The notes under the pieces are model-generated. The model searched no databases. It was not told the DNA's origin and saw only the letters and a program-made list of their open reading frames with translations. Position numbers and translations under genes: made by a program. A stretch of 40,859 nucleotides of DNA from a virus, in the IMG/VR virus record IMGVR_UViG_3300029766_000013; one strand, given 5' to 3'. Below, piece by piece: positions 17,097-25,719 of the stretch. Position 1 is the stretch's first letter; each line of letters opens with the position of its first letter.

Positions 17097-18050
17097 TCAG
17101 GCACCAACCTCTGTTGTGTCTACGTCAACATAAATACTGTCGATATTGCCATCACGTCCATTCGGGAACACAAATACATCAGAAAATGATCTGTTCTGAT
17201 ACAGGTATCCGTCTCCCTTGGTGTGTCCGCCTGGCTCAAAGTAATAAATACTGTTAATCTTTGGTACGGTTTTGCAGGTCTGACCACAGGCAACCAGCAC
17301 ATTGATCTTGTGTGCTCCTGTCACTCCGGATGCTTTTTTGAGTGGCTCAAATCCGCCGCCTTCCGGCTCCCAGTTGAATGCATCATAGAAACGCTCATCG
17401 TCAATAACTTCCATGATCGGCACGCCATCAATTTCAGTTACTCTGGTCTCAATGCCAAGACCGCCTTCTGCAATCTGGGTCATTTCAATCTTTCTGGTGA
17501 ATTCTGTAGACTGCTCCAGAGCGTCCATAATCTCACTGCGAACATACATAAGCAGAGAACCATTTGCTTTGTATCTTCTGAGTTTCCCTTTTGCAAGGAT
17601 ATCTTTGAGCATACCGAATACTTTTGCCTTTGTGTATGCAGATGTTGCTGTGGATCCATGATAGTCTTCTGTCTTCTGAGCTGCCTGAGCTACCTTGGAG
17701 AAGAACAGCGCATCTGTTTCCGGAACTACCCATGTCTGTTCAAACACGCGGGAAATGTTCTGAATGGAAGCTGTAGCATTTGTCTCATCAACATCTGCTT
17801 TATCTACCATAAATTCAACATCACGGTCGTGTGTCAGTGTGTATGGTACGTCTTTCTGTTCGTAAGAGCCAACATTCCAGCCGCCTTTTCTGCTGTGGTT
17901 CTTGTATCCGGATGTACTCATCTGAGTAAAATGAAATGTTTTGGCATCAAGCCATCTAACATTGCTAGTTACAAATGGAGATGTCAGGGTTCCCTGCATC
18001 AGGATTTCAAGGAGCTCCGGGCTCCACTGTTCTGCATAATTTAATGCCAT
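17097..18050 (-). CDS. Major capsid protein
   Basis: 317 aa directly after the scaffold gene. N-terminus MALNYAEQWSPELLEI... Size and position fit an HK97-fold capsid of a Firmicutes siphovirus. Confidence 0.8.
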   Translation of the reverse strand: MALNYAEQWSPELLEILMQGTLTSPFVTSNVRWLDAKTFHFTQMSTSGYKNHSRKGGWNVGSYEQKDVPYTLTHDRDVEFMVDKADVDETNATASIQNISRVFEQTWVVPETDALFFSKVAQAAQKTEDYHGSTATSAYTKAKVFGMLKDILAKGKLRRYKANGSLLMYVRSEIMDALEQSTEFTRKIEMTQIAEGGLGIETRVTEIDGVPIMEVIDDERFYDAFNWEPEGGGFEPLKKASGVTGAHKINVLVACGQTCKTVPKINSIYYFEPGGHTKGDGYLYQNRSFSDVFVFPNGRDGNIDSIYVDVDTTEVGA

Positions 18051-18070
18051 AGTTTATACCTTCTTTCTTT

Positions 18071-18706
18071 TTAGTTCCAGCGATTCCAACGTTTTGTTGG
18101 CACTGCTGTTTGGTTTGTAGTTGTCTGAGAATGCTGTGCCGGATTACCGCCAGTTCCTACCTGAGTAAAACCGGTCTTTCCGTCAGCCTGTGGTTTCAAA
18201 GCCGGAACAGCTTCCAATACCGTATTAAGTGCTGTTTTCAGTGCTTCTTCGTTAATCTTCCCATCCTGTCCTGATGCCTGACTAAGATCAGCCATTTTCA
18301 AGACGTATGGAATTGTCTTTGCATCAAGCCCCAGGGATACTGCCATCATTGTAGCTGCGTTTTCAACCTTTGCGGCCTGCACTGCTGCCTGTGCTGCTGT
18401 CAACTGGTTCTGAGTCTCTGTAATCTGACTCTGCAGTCCTGCTACATCAGGAGTATTTGCCGCCTGCTGCTGTTTGAATGATGCAATTGCCTGGTCCATC
18501 TGTTCCTTTGAAAGCCCCTGCTGTTTAAAATAGCCTTTTAAAACAGATTCCTCTGTTACGCTCTGCTTTCCCGCGATCAGACTGGCCAGTTTATCATAAT
18601 CAAACTGTGGTGTCTGCTGTGTTCCTGTTGGTGGTGTTCCGCCTTCTGCTCCTGAACCTCCTCCACCGTCACCAGTTCCGCCTTCTGCAAATGTCTGCAG
18701 GTTCAT
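18071..18706 (-). CDS. Scaffolding protein (GP20-like)
   Basis: Starts MNLQTFAEGGTGDGGGGSG..., followed by a Q/A-rich helical body. ATG 18706 is preferred over the listed 18736 start. Confidence 0.75.
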   Translation of the reverse strand: MNLQTFAEGGTGDGGGGSGAEGGTPPTGTQQTPQFDYDKLASLIAGKQSVTEESVLKGYFKQQGLSKEQMDQAIASFKQQQAANTPDVAGLQSQITETQNQLTAAQAAVQAAKVENAATMMAVSLGLDAKTIPYVLKMADLSQASGQDGKINEEALKTALNTVLEAVPALKPQADGKTGFTQVGTGGNPAQHSQTTTNQTAVPTKRWNRWN

Positions 18707-18872
18707 TGATAATTTGCATCTGAATCTCTTATACATTTTTACATGCTCCTTTACAGTTTTTTATGTGCTGTCTGCACGAATACAGTTTTACGTGTGTCTC
18801 ACATAAACAGTTGTTAACCCGGTGTCTCCGCGTAGTTTTAAGCCTTCGGGCATAAAAATAAGGCGTTTCACC

Positions 18873-19049
18873 CTACGCCTCAGCGGGAGATTCTGGATCA
18901 CCGCCTTTCTGTTCCGGGATCTCTTTAGCCACTTTTAATGCTATGAGATATTTCCCTCTTTCTTTTGATACCGAATATTTGTCTCCAACCTTTCGAAGCT
19001 TCAAGTTGTTTTCTTTATCGTAGAAATTATGGATAACTTCGATTTTCAT
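18873..19049 (-). CDS. Small hypothetical protein (58 aa), below the ORF-track cutoff
   Basis: RBS GGGAGGTGAG then ATG at 19049. Translation MKIEVIHNFYDKENNLKLRKVGDKYSVSKERGKYLIALKVAKEIPEQKGGDPESPAEA, stop TAG at 18873-18875. Confidence 0.55.
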   Translation of the reverse strand: MKIEVIHNFYDKENNLKLRKVGDKYSVSKERGKYLIALKVAKEIPEQKGGDPESPAEA

Positions 19050-19065
19050 GTTCTCACCTCCCTCT

Positions 19066-19081
19066 GTTGTGCCGGCGCAAT
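19066..19081. repeat. Degenerate palindrome copy (GTTGTGCCGGCGCAAT, 14/16)
   Basis: Lies between the terminator at 19085-19128 and the RBS of 18873..19049, the same context as copy 1. Confidence 0.7.
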
Positions 19082-19084
19082 TTT

Positions 19085-19128
19085 AAAAAAGAGTATAAAA
19101 ATACCACCGGCCATTTCTGACTGGTGGT
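19085..19128 (-). terminator. Rho-independent terminator after the head-morphogenesis genes
   Basis: On the minus strand: ACCACCAG, a 10-nt loop, CCGGTGGT, then ATTTTTATACTCTTTTTT. Confidence 0.7.
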
Positions 19129-19129
19129 A

Positions 19130-19255
19130 CTAAATACGTCCTTCTTTTTTCAATTTCTTAATTTCTTCTTCTGTAAGCTTTCTCGGTTTACCCAGCATTG
19201 CCACTCTGTCCTGAAAGTCTTTATAGGCTTTCTTTTCCTTTGATTTCATCTTCAT
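19130..19255 (-). CDS. Small basic protein (41 aa), translationally coupled to the MuF-ART gene
   Basis: ATGA overlap with the stop of 19252..20928. Translation MKMKSKEKKAYKDFQDRVAMLGKPRKLTEEEIKKLKKEGRI. Confidence 0.45.
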   Translation of the reverse strand: MKMKSKEKKAYKDFQDRVAMLGKPRKLTEEEIKKLKKEGRI

Positions 19256-20928
19256 ACGATCACCTGCAATTCTATTTCTTTTTCTTTCTTTGATACTACT
19301 CTGAATATAGTATCCTTGTCAAGCAATAACTCTCTTTGCTTAGGATATCTGCTTATCCTTTCAATATATGCTCCTTTGCTGCCTTTTGGTACATATATCA
19401 AAATTTTATATGATTTGTTCAACGCAGCTCCTTGAGTCACCGAAGTACTGATAAACTGTCCTTCCGTGACCAGATCATTTACTTCAAATTCATCATAAAG
19501 TGGTATGTCCAGATTTCTATATGTAATAACATCATGCTGAATCTTACTCTTTTTCAATGCACCTGATATTGTTTCTGCATACTCTCTAAGTTTTTTATCT
19601 TCTGCTATATCTCCACGAAGCATAGCATTAAGCCGTTCAAAGAATCGATCCGGCTTTTGATCGCCAGAATTGAACGTGTATTTTTCAATCGCATGTTTTT
19701 CTTTTTCTGATAAACAATCAATCCAATCCTGTGATTCTGTACGAAGAAGGCTGACAATCTGATTCTGCGGAACTGCGTGGAAATCTGCAAGTGGTCTTTT
19801 TGATTCTGCATATTCCTGGCTGTCCATATTACCAGTCTTCATTCTAACATGTTGCCACTCTTTTTGTTTTTGTCCATACACCTGTTGGTTCTCCGGATCC
19901 AGAGAGAATTGTGACAGCCTATTATATTTCTTTTCCTGGCGTTCGGCATATTGCTGACGTTCCCGCCTGGCGTTTTTCTCTACAAGGTTGTTGAGCTCTT
20001 CTCTGGTATATTTCCCATCGGGTGGAGTATTGACTCCTTCAATGTAGGTTGTATGGCTGTCACGGCATCGGGGATGGTAAAGTCCAGCTGCTATGGCAGC
20101 ACTTATCAGCGGATACTTAATTCCTGTAACGGGAGATACTCCGTCTTTCGGACCTCCGCTCCATACATCATCAATCATGACTTTTCCCACGAATGGAACA
20201 CACAAAGAGCAAGGACAGCCACTGCCACGTTTATTGATAATCACTGTGTACACGCCCCATTCCCGGCGTTTCTCTCCTTCCCCCTGCAGGTACGCTCTTT
20301 TCGTTGCTGTTCGGATTGCCATATCTGCATAGTCTGCAAGGGTATGTCTGGCACCATTGGCATATTCCACGCAGTTTAGACCTGCTTTGAGGAAATCCTT
20401 AGTTGCCATATCCACAGCTTTTTCATAGGTTCCTGCACCGGTATTGGCATATACCTGAGCATTATAAATAATTCTCCGATATTGATCATTAGCCATGCGA
20501 AGCACTGCAGTTTCTGCTTTCTTCATATCATCTGTTGTGGCTTTGATCAGAGCTTCCAGCTTCCGATCATTCAGCTTAAAAAATTCTGCAGTACCTCCCT
20601 TGCTTATTTTATTTGCCGGAAAGCCTTTTTTTATGGCATTCAAAATAGTGATCTCCTGCTGCATATTTCCTTCTGTTCTTGCAGTCCGAATCAGCTCCGC
20701 TATCTTTGCATTGATATCCTTAAACTGTTTGCCATATTTCTTTTGATTATTATGTTTATATTCTTCCAGGGATTTCAGCATTTCTGTCTGCCACATGGAC
20801 CATTGTTTGTCTTCGTCAATTTCTTCCTGCTTATGAGATTCCATATTGCGGATCATGGATGCTATGAGTTCATTCTCTATAGCTTCAAAGGCAGCTCCAA
20901 TATCGTATTCATCATTTATCCTTGCCAT
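19252..20928 (-). CDS. MuF/SPP1-gp7-like minor head protein fused to a C-terminal ADP-ribosyltransferase (C3/VIP2-type) domain
   Basis: MuF core with YHPRCRDSHTTY (compare HPNCRC). The C-terminal roughly 190 aa carry EKHAIEKYT...LNAMLRG, then ITYRNLD (Arg), QFISTSV (S-T-S) and YPKQRELLL (Q-x-E), which is the R-S-E ART signature. Confidence 0.85.
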   Translation of the reverse strand: MARINDEYDIGAAFEAIENELIASMIRNMESHKQEEIDEDKQWSMWQTEMLKSLEEYKHNNQKKYGKQFKDINAKIAELIRTARTEGNMQQEITILNAIKKGFPANKISKGGTAEFFKLNDRKLEALIKATTDDMKKAETAVLRMANDQYRRIIYNAQVYANTGAGTYEKAVDMATKDFLKAGLNCVEYANGARHTLADYADMAIRTATKRAYLQGEGEKRREWGVYTVIINKRGSGCPCSLCVPFVGKVMIDDVWSGGPKDGVSPVTGIKYPLISAAIAAGLYHPRCRDSHTTYIEGVNTPPDGKYTREELNNLVEKNARRERQQYAERQEKKYNRLSQFSLDPENQQVYGQKQKEWQHVRMKTGNMDSQEYAESKRPLADFHAVPQNQIVSLLRTESQDWIDCLSEKEKHAIEKYTFNSGDQKPDRFFERLNAMLRGDIAEDKKLREYAETISGALKKSKIQHDVITYRNLDIPLYDEFEVNDLVTEGQFISTSVTQGAALNKSYKILIYVPKGSKGAYIERISRYPKQRELLLDKDTIFRVVSKKEKEIELQVIV

Positions 20929-21139
20929 TAGACAATACCTTGAATCCTTGAGACTTAAACTGTCGTGTCAGTTCCTTCAATTTTGTAATGCTGTCGCAAT
21001 GATCACATCGAAGTTCCGCATAATCTGCTTTTTCCAAGGCATATACGCCCATAGGAACCTGTTCTTTTGCAATTTTAAGAAGTCCCTGATACTCCCTTCT
21101 GTTCATCCGGTATATTCGATTGTTTACCTTCACTTTCAT
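20912..21139 (-). CDS. Small hypothetical protein overlapping the portal 3' end
   Basis: 75 aa. AGGAGG lies 8 nt before ATG 21139. Contains a CDHC motif. Confidence 0.5.
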   Translation of the reverse strand: MKVKVNNRIYRMNRREYQGLLKIAKEQVPMGVYALEKADYAELRCDHCDSITKLKELTRQFKSQGFKVLSNGKDK

Positions 21140-22646
21140 CTGATCCGCCTCCTGTATCTACTTCAAAATCACCAAGTTCCATATTGACTGCCGGTTCTTC
21201 CAGATCCTGGATTCCCTGTTCTGCTTTCAGACGGGCTATTTCTTCTTCCTTGCAATGTTCATCCAGACTATCTCCGTAAAGTTCCTCCACGCAGCGCTCA
21301 ATGCTCATAATTCCGCCCTGTTTTGCTTTGGCTACTGTTTCCACCTGGGATTCAAAAGAAGGGTTGGCGTATTCCCCAAAAGGAATATTTACTTTCACTT
21401 CTTCTATAGACTGCTTATGAAGGATATTGTTGGCATTGATGCACATTCCCACTACATTTGGCAGTGTTTCCTGCATTGCCTCCACAATAGAATTTCTGGT
21501 ATAGAGAGTAGTTTTTTCTTTCTCTCTCTGTGCTTCCGCATTGTCCAGTTTCTTTGTATCAATACCGAGAGTAGAGGGGCTGATCACTCCCTGCAGGCAC
21601 AGATCCAAGGCTGTTATGTATGATGCCAGATAGCTCTCATGTGGAATTGCCGGCTGTTCCATCATGATCTGGTTTTTCTGTCCTTCTCTCATATCCCCTT
21701 CTGCTGCCAGATAACGGTTATCGAAAGGATTTGGTTTCATAAGCTGTCCTGTTTCGGGATCATGAGGGATCAGGCAGTCAGGGACGTATGTCTTTGCCCG
21801 TCCTGCTCTCAGGGCATCCATCCACTGTGACCATGTCTCATCCAGAGAATCAAAGTTGTCCAGCTTTCCATCAAAGATGCTTCCACCCCGTCCCTCATAT
21901 TTGGCAGATTCAAAGATCATGAAGGGTTCTGCCAGGATCAGTGAATCATCAAATGTAACGTCTTTAAGATTCTCTGTTGCCTTGATCGTTTTCATATCTA
22001 CAAGTTTATTTCCCTGGTACAGTTCGTTAATGATATATCCATATCCGTATCGTTCGTTCAGAACATAAGTCCTGCCTTTCTCGTAATAAGGAGTTTTAAA
22101 TACGATCTCACGGATCCGGTCTCTCTGGTAAACAAATTCTACTCTGTCTCCCGGGTACCATTCCAGGATCGGATAATCACTGATAGAAGTATCAATAACT
22201 GCTTTAAAAGCTCCATCACCAATAAACAGAGCCTCTTTCAATGCGCTCTCCATCTTTTTCCGGAACTTGTTCTCTTTCTCTATCTCTTTCCAGAGTGATT
22301 CCTGAGCCGGAGACTCAAATTCGAACTCATCCATATCCGGCAGGACTACTGCAGAAAGTGTCCGCACGGTTAATCCAGGCAGCCCCGTATGGATTTTTCT
22401 CATATCCATACCCGGGGAGCATTTGCTTGTCCAGAACTTATATTTGTCTGCATATTCGCTGTTCTGCTGGTAGAACTGTTCCAGTTCATTACTGTCTCCT
22501 CTGTACCAGATCCTGTTGCGGATCGAATGGTCCTCGAAGTCCAGCATTTCATTGATCTGGAAATTATATGGATTTGCCGGGACCACGTTCAGCCAGCTCC
22601 GGACTGTCTTTTTAATATTCTCATTCAATTTATCCATCCATTTCAC
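21075..22646 (-). CDS. Portal protein (SPP1 gp6-like)
   Basis: 523 aa between TerL and the MuF-like gene, with a 4-nt overlap to the TerL stop and an acidic C-terminus. Confidence 0.85.
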   Translation of the reverse strand: MKWMDKLNENIKKTVRSWLNVVPANPYNFQINEMLDFEDHSIRNRIWYRGDSNELEQFYQQNSEYADKYKFWTSKCSPGMDMRKIHTGLPGLTVRTLSAVVLPDMDEFEFESPAQESLWKEIEKENKFRKKMESALKEALFIGDGAFKAVIDTSISDYPILEWYPGDRVEFVYQRDRIREIVFKTPYYEKGRTYVLNERYGYGYIINELYQGNKLVDMKTIKATENLKDVTFDDSLILAEPFMIFESAKYEGRGGSIFDGKLDNFDSLDETWSQWMDALRAGRAKTYVPDCLIPHDPETGQLMKPNPFDNRYLAAEGDMREGQKNQIMMEQPAIPHESYLASYITALDLCLQGVISPSTLGIDTKKLDNAEAQREKEKTTLYTRNSIVEAMQETLPNVVGMCINANNILHKQSIEEVKVNIPFGEYANPSFESQVETVAKAKQGGIMSIERCVEELYGDSLDEHCKEEEIARLKAEQGIQDLEEPAVNMELGDFEVDTGGGSDESEGKQSNIPDEQKGVSGTS

Positions 22647-23890
22647 CTTTTCGTTTCCTCCGTTTCGAATCCGATCATATTCCGGTATGGGATCCAGCCA
22701 TACTGCTGGGAGTTTATCGTATGGTCGTTTCGGTCTTCCGGGATATCTTTTTCCTCATCCCAGGAATATTTCTCCAATTCAGCTATGTGATTGATACATG
22801 TATCTACAACCAGATAGCAATCCTGTTGTATCCATCCAAGCTGAAGCTTGATTCTATCCAAAATTTCTACTTTTTTGTAAGATTCTACAAAGTTGTACAT
22901 GCAGCCATGAAGACGTTTGTACTTTTTCAATTCTGTGATCGTAGCAGCATCTGCGCAATCAACAAAGGTATCTTTTGCAAATCCCCAATCCTTTCGGCAT
23001 TTCTCCAAAAACTCTATGAATTTTACGGCTGTATCGGAAGGGGCAAGCGGCTGATCCAGATCCTTATTGCTGTATACTTTTTCAGCCAGTGTGATCAATC
23101 TCCTGTCCTCTGTGATTCCCTGGAATATCATTGCGATTGTGTCCGGAGACTTTGAAGAATACGAAGTATCCAGACCACAGGTGAATTTTTTAAATTTCAG
23201 CTTTCCTGCTACCATCTGGGCTTTTATCCATTTCTCTGAAACGACATGCTGCTTCCTGCTGAAGTTAGGGAATATCAAGCCTGTTGCTTTTCCTCTCAAG
23301 CCCTGTATCTTGTTTTTCCAAATTTTTGTGCCTTTCGGTGTATTCTGGATGATCTGCTGTTTCTTTTCTTCCGGAAGTCCGGCATTATCATCAAAAGAAA
23401 AGAACCAATGAACCCAACCGGGTTTTGGTTCTTCTCTTAATTCATCTTTTATTTCCTGTGGTGTGCTGTCTGCCCATTCCGGCAAAGGTCTGCTACAATT
23501 GATATATTCTTTGTATACATCCAGGGTTGGATCATCCGGGTTGAGAGTTGCCATAAGATAGTCACACCGCATAGACGCTTCCCGGACAAAGTCAATGTCT
23601 GCTGTATTAACCTCGTCAATATACAGGCAGCCATACTGTCCGCCTAAAGCTTTCTTCCATTTCTTTTTATTGCCATATCCAAGAACATATATTGTCTTAT
23701 CACCCTGTGGGGCATGAAACAATATATGGGGAATCTTATCATCTTTTGTTCCAGATCCGTTGTACTCTACCAAAATTCCAAAATCATCCAAAATCCCTAA
23801 ATCTTTATTGATGATATTCTTTTCTGCTGTTCCTGTATCGTCCGCTGCAAGAATATGCAGTTTCTTTGGAGATTCTGCAACCTTACACAT
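22643..23890 (-). CDS. terL: Terminase large subunit, main ORF (5' end is frame-disrupted; see 23932..24018)
   Basis: Walker B-like CLYIDEV and a C-terminal nuclease region are present. The same frame is open upstream to 23941 and encodes the P-loop TTAAGKTTVG, but has no start codon there. Confidence 0.85.
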   Translation of the reverse strand: MCKVAESPKKLHILAADDTGTAEKNIINKDLGILDDFGILVEYNGSGTKDDKIPHILFHAPQGDKTIYVLGYGNKKKWKKALGGQYGCLYIDEVNTADIDFVREASMRCDYLMATLNPDDPTLDVYKEYINCSRPLPEWADSTPQEIKDELREEPKPGWVHWFFSFDDNAGLPEEKKQQIIQNTPKGTKIWKNKIQGLRGKATGLIFPNFSRKQHVVSEKWIKAQMVAGKLKFKKFTCGLDTSYSSKSPDTIAMIFQGITEDRRLITLAEKVYSNKDLDQPLAPSDTAVKFIEFLEKCRKDWGFAKDTFVDCADAATITELKKYKRLHGCMYNFVESYKKVEILDRIKLQLGWIQQDCYLVVDTCINHIAELEKYSWDEEKDIPEDRNDHTINSQQYGWIPYRNMIGFETEETKR

Positions 23891-23931
23891 GAATTTAAAA
23901 AGTCCTACTGTTGTTTTCCCTGCTGCCGTAG

Positions 23932-24018
23932 TCAGGTTCCTTCAAGAAATTCTACCGGAGCACTGCAATGTAGAAATGCTTTGTATTTATCTGATAATAC
24001 TAATCTCTGAGAACTCAT
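23932..24018 (-). other. terL: 28-codon ORF carrying the true TerL N-terminus, in the other frame
   Basis: ATG 24018 lies 6 nt after the TerS stop. Translation MSSQRLVLSDKYKAFLHCSAPVEFLEGT then TGA. The main TerL ORF is in the -1 frame relative to it. Confidence 0.7.
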
Positions 24019-24023
24019 GAAGG

Positions 24024-24527
24024 TTAATCACCCCCTCGGAGCTGCTCCAGGATGTCTCCCAGTTTCTTTTTCTCTTCATCCAATCCGGATACTTCCAGTT
24101 TATCCTTAAACATTCCCAGGTGTCTTCCAAGAAGTTCCAAGGCCTGCTCTTTATTATTTAATTTCACCTCAATACCGAATTTGCCCTCTTTTATCCCAGC
24201 AATAGCTCTGATCTGCTGCTCATCCAGGTTTGCTGTGTCTTTTATGTTTACCTGCCCGTCTTTAACTTCTGCATAGTCTGTAGCTTTAGCAAAAGCTATG
24301 GCGGCCAGTTCTTTCAGTACCCTGTCCTGAGTGATTTCTGTCCGCTTCTGGCGTTCCTGCATCCGTTCCTGAATATATTCCGCAACCTTGACATTTCTCA
24401 ACATCCTGCTGCCGGCTTGGGCTGCTGTTTCATCCCGTTTTACAGACGGATATGCTTTTCGGTAAGCCCTTGTGGCATTTAAGTCTATCAGGTATTCATC
24501 TGCAAATATTTTCTGTTTTTTTGTCAC
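24024..24527 (-). CDS. terS: Terminase small subunit (Terminase_2 / P27 type)
   Basis: N-terminus MTKKQKIFADEYLIDLNATRAYRKAYPSVKRDETAAQAGSRMLRNVKV is the classic family signature. Confidence 0.9.
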   Translation of the reverse strand: MTKKQKIFADEYLIDLNATRAYRKAYPSVKRDETAAQAGSRMLRNVKVAEYIQERMQERQKRTEITQDRVLKELAAIAFAKATDYAEVKDGQVNIKDTANLDEQQIRAIAGIKEGKFGIEVKLNNKEQALELLGRHLGMFKDKLEVSGLDEEKKKLGDILEQLRGGD

Positions 24528-24602
24528 TCAGCCTCACCACCTCTCATTCGTTTCGTTTTTGAGTATAGAAAAAGCAGCCTCTAAAGAAGCTACTTTTCAC
24601 TT

Positions 24603-24863
24603 TTATATTTCAATGCATCCATAATACTTTTTCAAACATTCAAAATTTCTTGGTGAATTCATGGGATACAACATTTTTCCTGCAAGCAAATTGTCATCGT
24701 TTCTCTCTATTCCATGATAAAAATTAAATTGTTTCAATGTTTCTCTTACATCCTTATCTGATACTCCTACTTCAGCAGCTACAACTGGAATAGTCCTTTT
24801 TCTTGAATAGCATTCGTAAATTTTATCTGCTAATTTTCTTACAAAGTTTTCCATAGTTTCCAT
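24603..24863 (-). CDS. Hypothetical protein (AT-rich moron)
   Basis: 86 aa. The region is visibly more AT-rich than its flanks. A terminator-like hairpin lies downstream at about 24560-24590. Confidence 0.5.
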   Translation of the reverse strand: METMENFVRKLADKIYECYSRKRTIPVVAAEVGVSDKDVRETLKQFNFYHGIERNDDNLLAGKMLYPMNSPRNFECLKKYYGCIEI

Positions 24864-24949
24864 GATTTCCTCCTATAAAAATTTTATCGTATGCCTTTAA
24901 TCTCTATATTTCAATGATTAATATTGACACTTTCTAGCAAAGTATCATA

Positions 24950-25423
24950 CTATCCTACCGGAAAAGTTCGCGAAATATAATACTTTTTTCCGCTTATATC
25001 CGTCACTCTTATTTTCACATATCCATTTAAATTTATAGCATGTTTAACAAATACGGGATCACTAAATATTCCCTGACATGAATAGCTTTTACTAGCACCG
25101 AGTTCTTTGCACTGACTATATCTTAAATTCATGTCACAAGATCCAAGATTTTTCCCCTTCCAATCTATTATATCTACGCTCTTAATATAGACTGGTACCC
25201 TTCCTACATTAGTCAAATATACTTTTATAATACTTTTATAGGATGTTTCATTCTCTATTTTTTCCAATGTAACATCCAATGACCCAACAATTTTCTTTTT
25301 ATATGGAATTTTCGCAATTGTAATAGTTAACGTCAACGTGCATATCGATAATATTACATTTAAAAATCCAACATTTCCATCACACCACTGAATAACTTCA
25401 TTAAATAATTTAAAAATATTCAT
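24950..25423 (-). CDS. Membrane-anchored hypothetical protein (AT-rich moron)
   Basis: ATG 25423 follows GGGAGGAACAA. N-terminal TM segment GFLNVILSICTLTLTITIAKI followed by a beta-rich body. Confidence 0.55.
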   Translation of the reverse strand: MNIFKLFNEVIQWCDGNVGFLNVILSICTLTLTITIAKIPYKKKIVGSLDVTLEKIENETSYKSIIKVYLTNVGRVPVYIKSVDIIDWKGKNLGSCDMNLRYSQCKELGASKSYSCQGIFSDPVFVKHAINLNGYVKIRVTDISGKKYYISRTFPVG

Positions 25424-25463
25424 TTGTTCCTCCCACATACATTTTCTTTTATAATACTACAAA

Positions 25464-25498
25464 ACGCCCTATATTTCTACAGGACGTTTTTTTTAATG
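25464..25498. terminator. Bidirectional-looking terminator hairpin
   Basis: ACGCCCT (25464-25470) pairs with AGGACGT (25481-25487). T8 follows on the plus strand. On the minus strand the mismatch becomes a G.U pair and TTTG follows. Confidence 0.5.
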
Positions 25499-25529
25499 TA
25501 TGTGGTTTGAATTTCTCCATAGGAGAAAA

Positions 25530-25597
25530 GCAGAACATCAGGATTCGAACCTGCGGCTCCATAGCTCACGCTCACTCCCTCTCGGTGAGATGTTCTG
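25530..25597 (-). ncRNA. Degenerate tRNA-like element
   Basis: On the minus strand: 7-bp acceptor CAGAACA/TGTTCTG, D arm TCAC-CGAGAGGGA-GTGA, and T arm GCAGG-TTCGAAT-CCTGA. Only 16 nt lie between the D and T arms and they do not fold into an anticodon arm. Confidence 0.4.
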
Positions 25598-25692
25598 GTG
25601 ATCTGCCAGGTGGGTACTGGCAGTCATCTAAGGGAAGGAGAACTCTGTATAATCTTCCACTGAGTTCAGTTTATACTATAGCATATTAAAAT

Positions 25693-25716
25693 CGGACATA
25701 TCGGACAAAACGGACA
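25693..25716. repeat. Three direct CGGACA repeats at a 9-bp period
   Basis: CGGACA at 25693, 25702 and 25711, directly 3' of the stop of 25720..26142. Confidence 0.6.
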
Positions 25717-25719
25717 ATT

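Noticed and set aside
17223-18044. 273-aa plus-strand ORF
   Set aside because: It runs antisense to the major capsid gene, is Cys/Phe-rich and low in complexity, and has no RBS.
25693-25716. Possible CRISPR array or other repeat-spacer structure
   Set aside because: There are only three 6-bp repeats at a 9-bp period, far too short for CRISPR. No CRISPR array, diversity-generating retroelement or reverse transcriptase gene was seen anywhere in the window.
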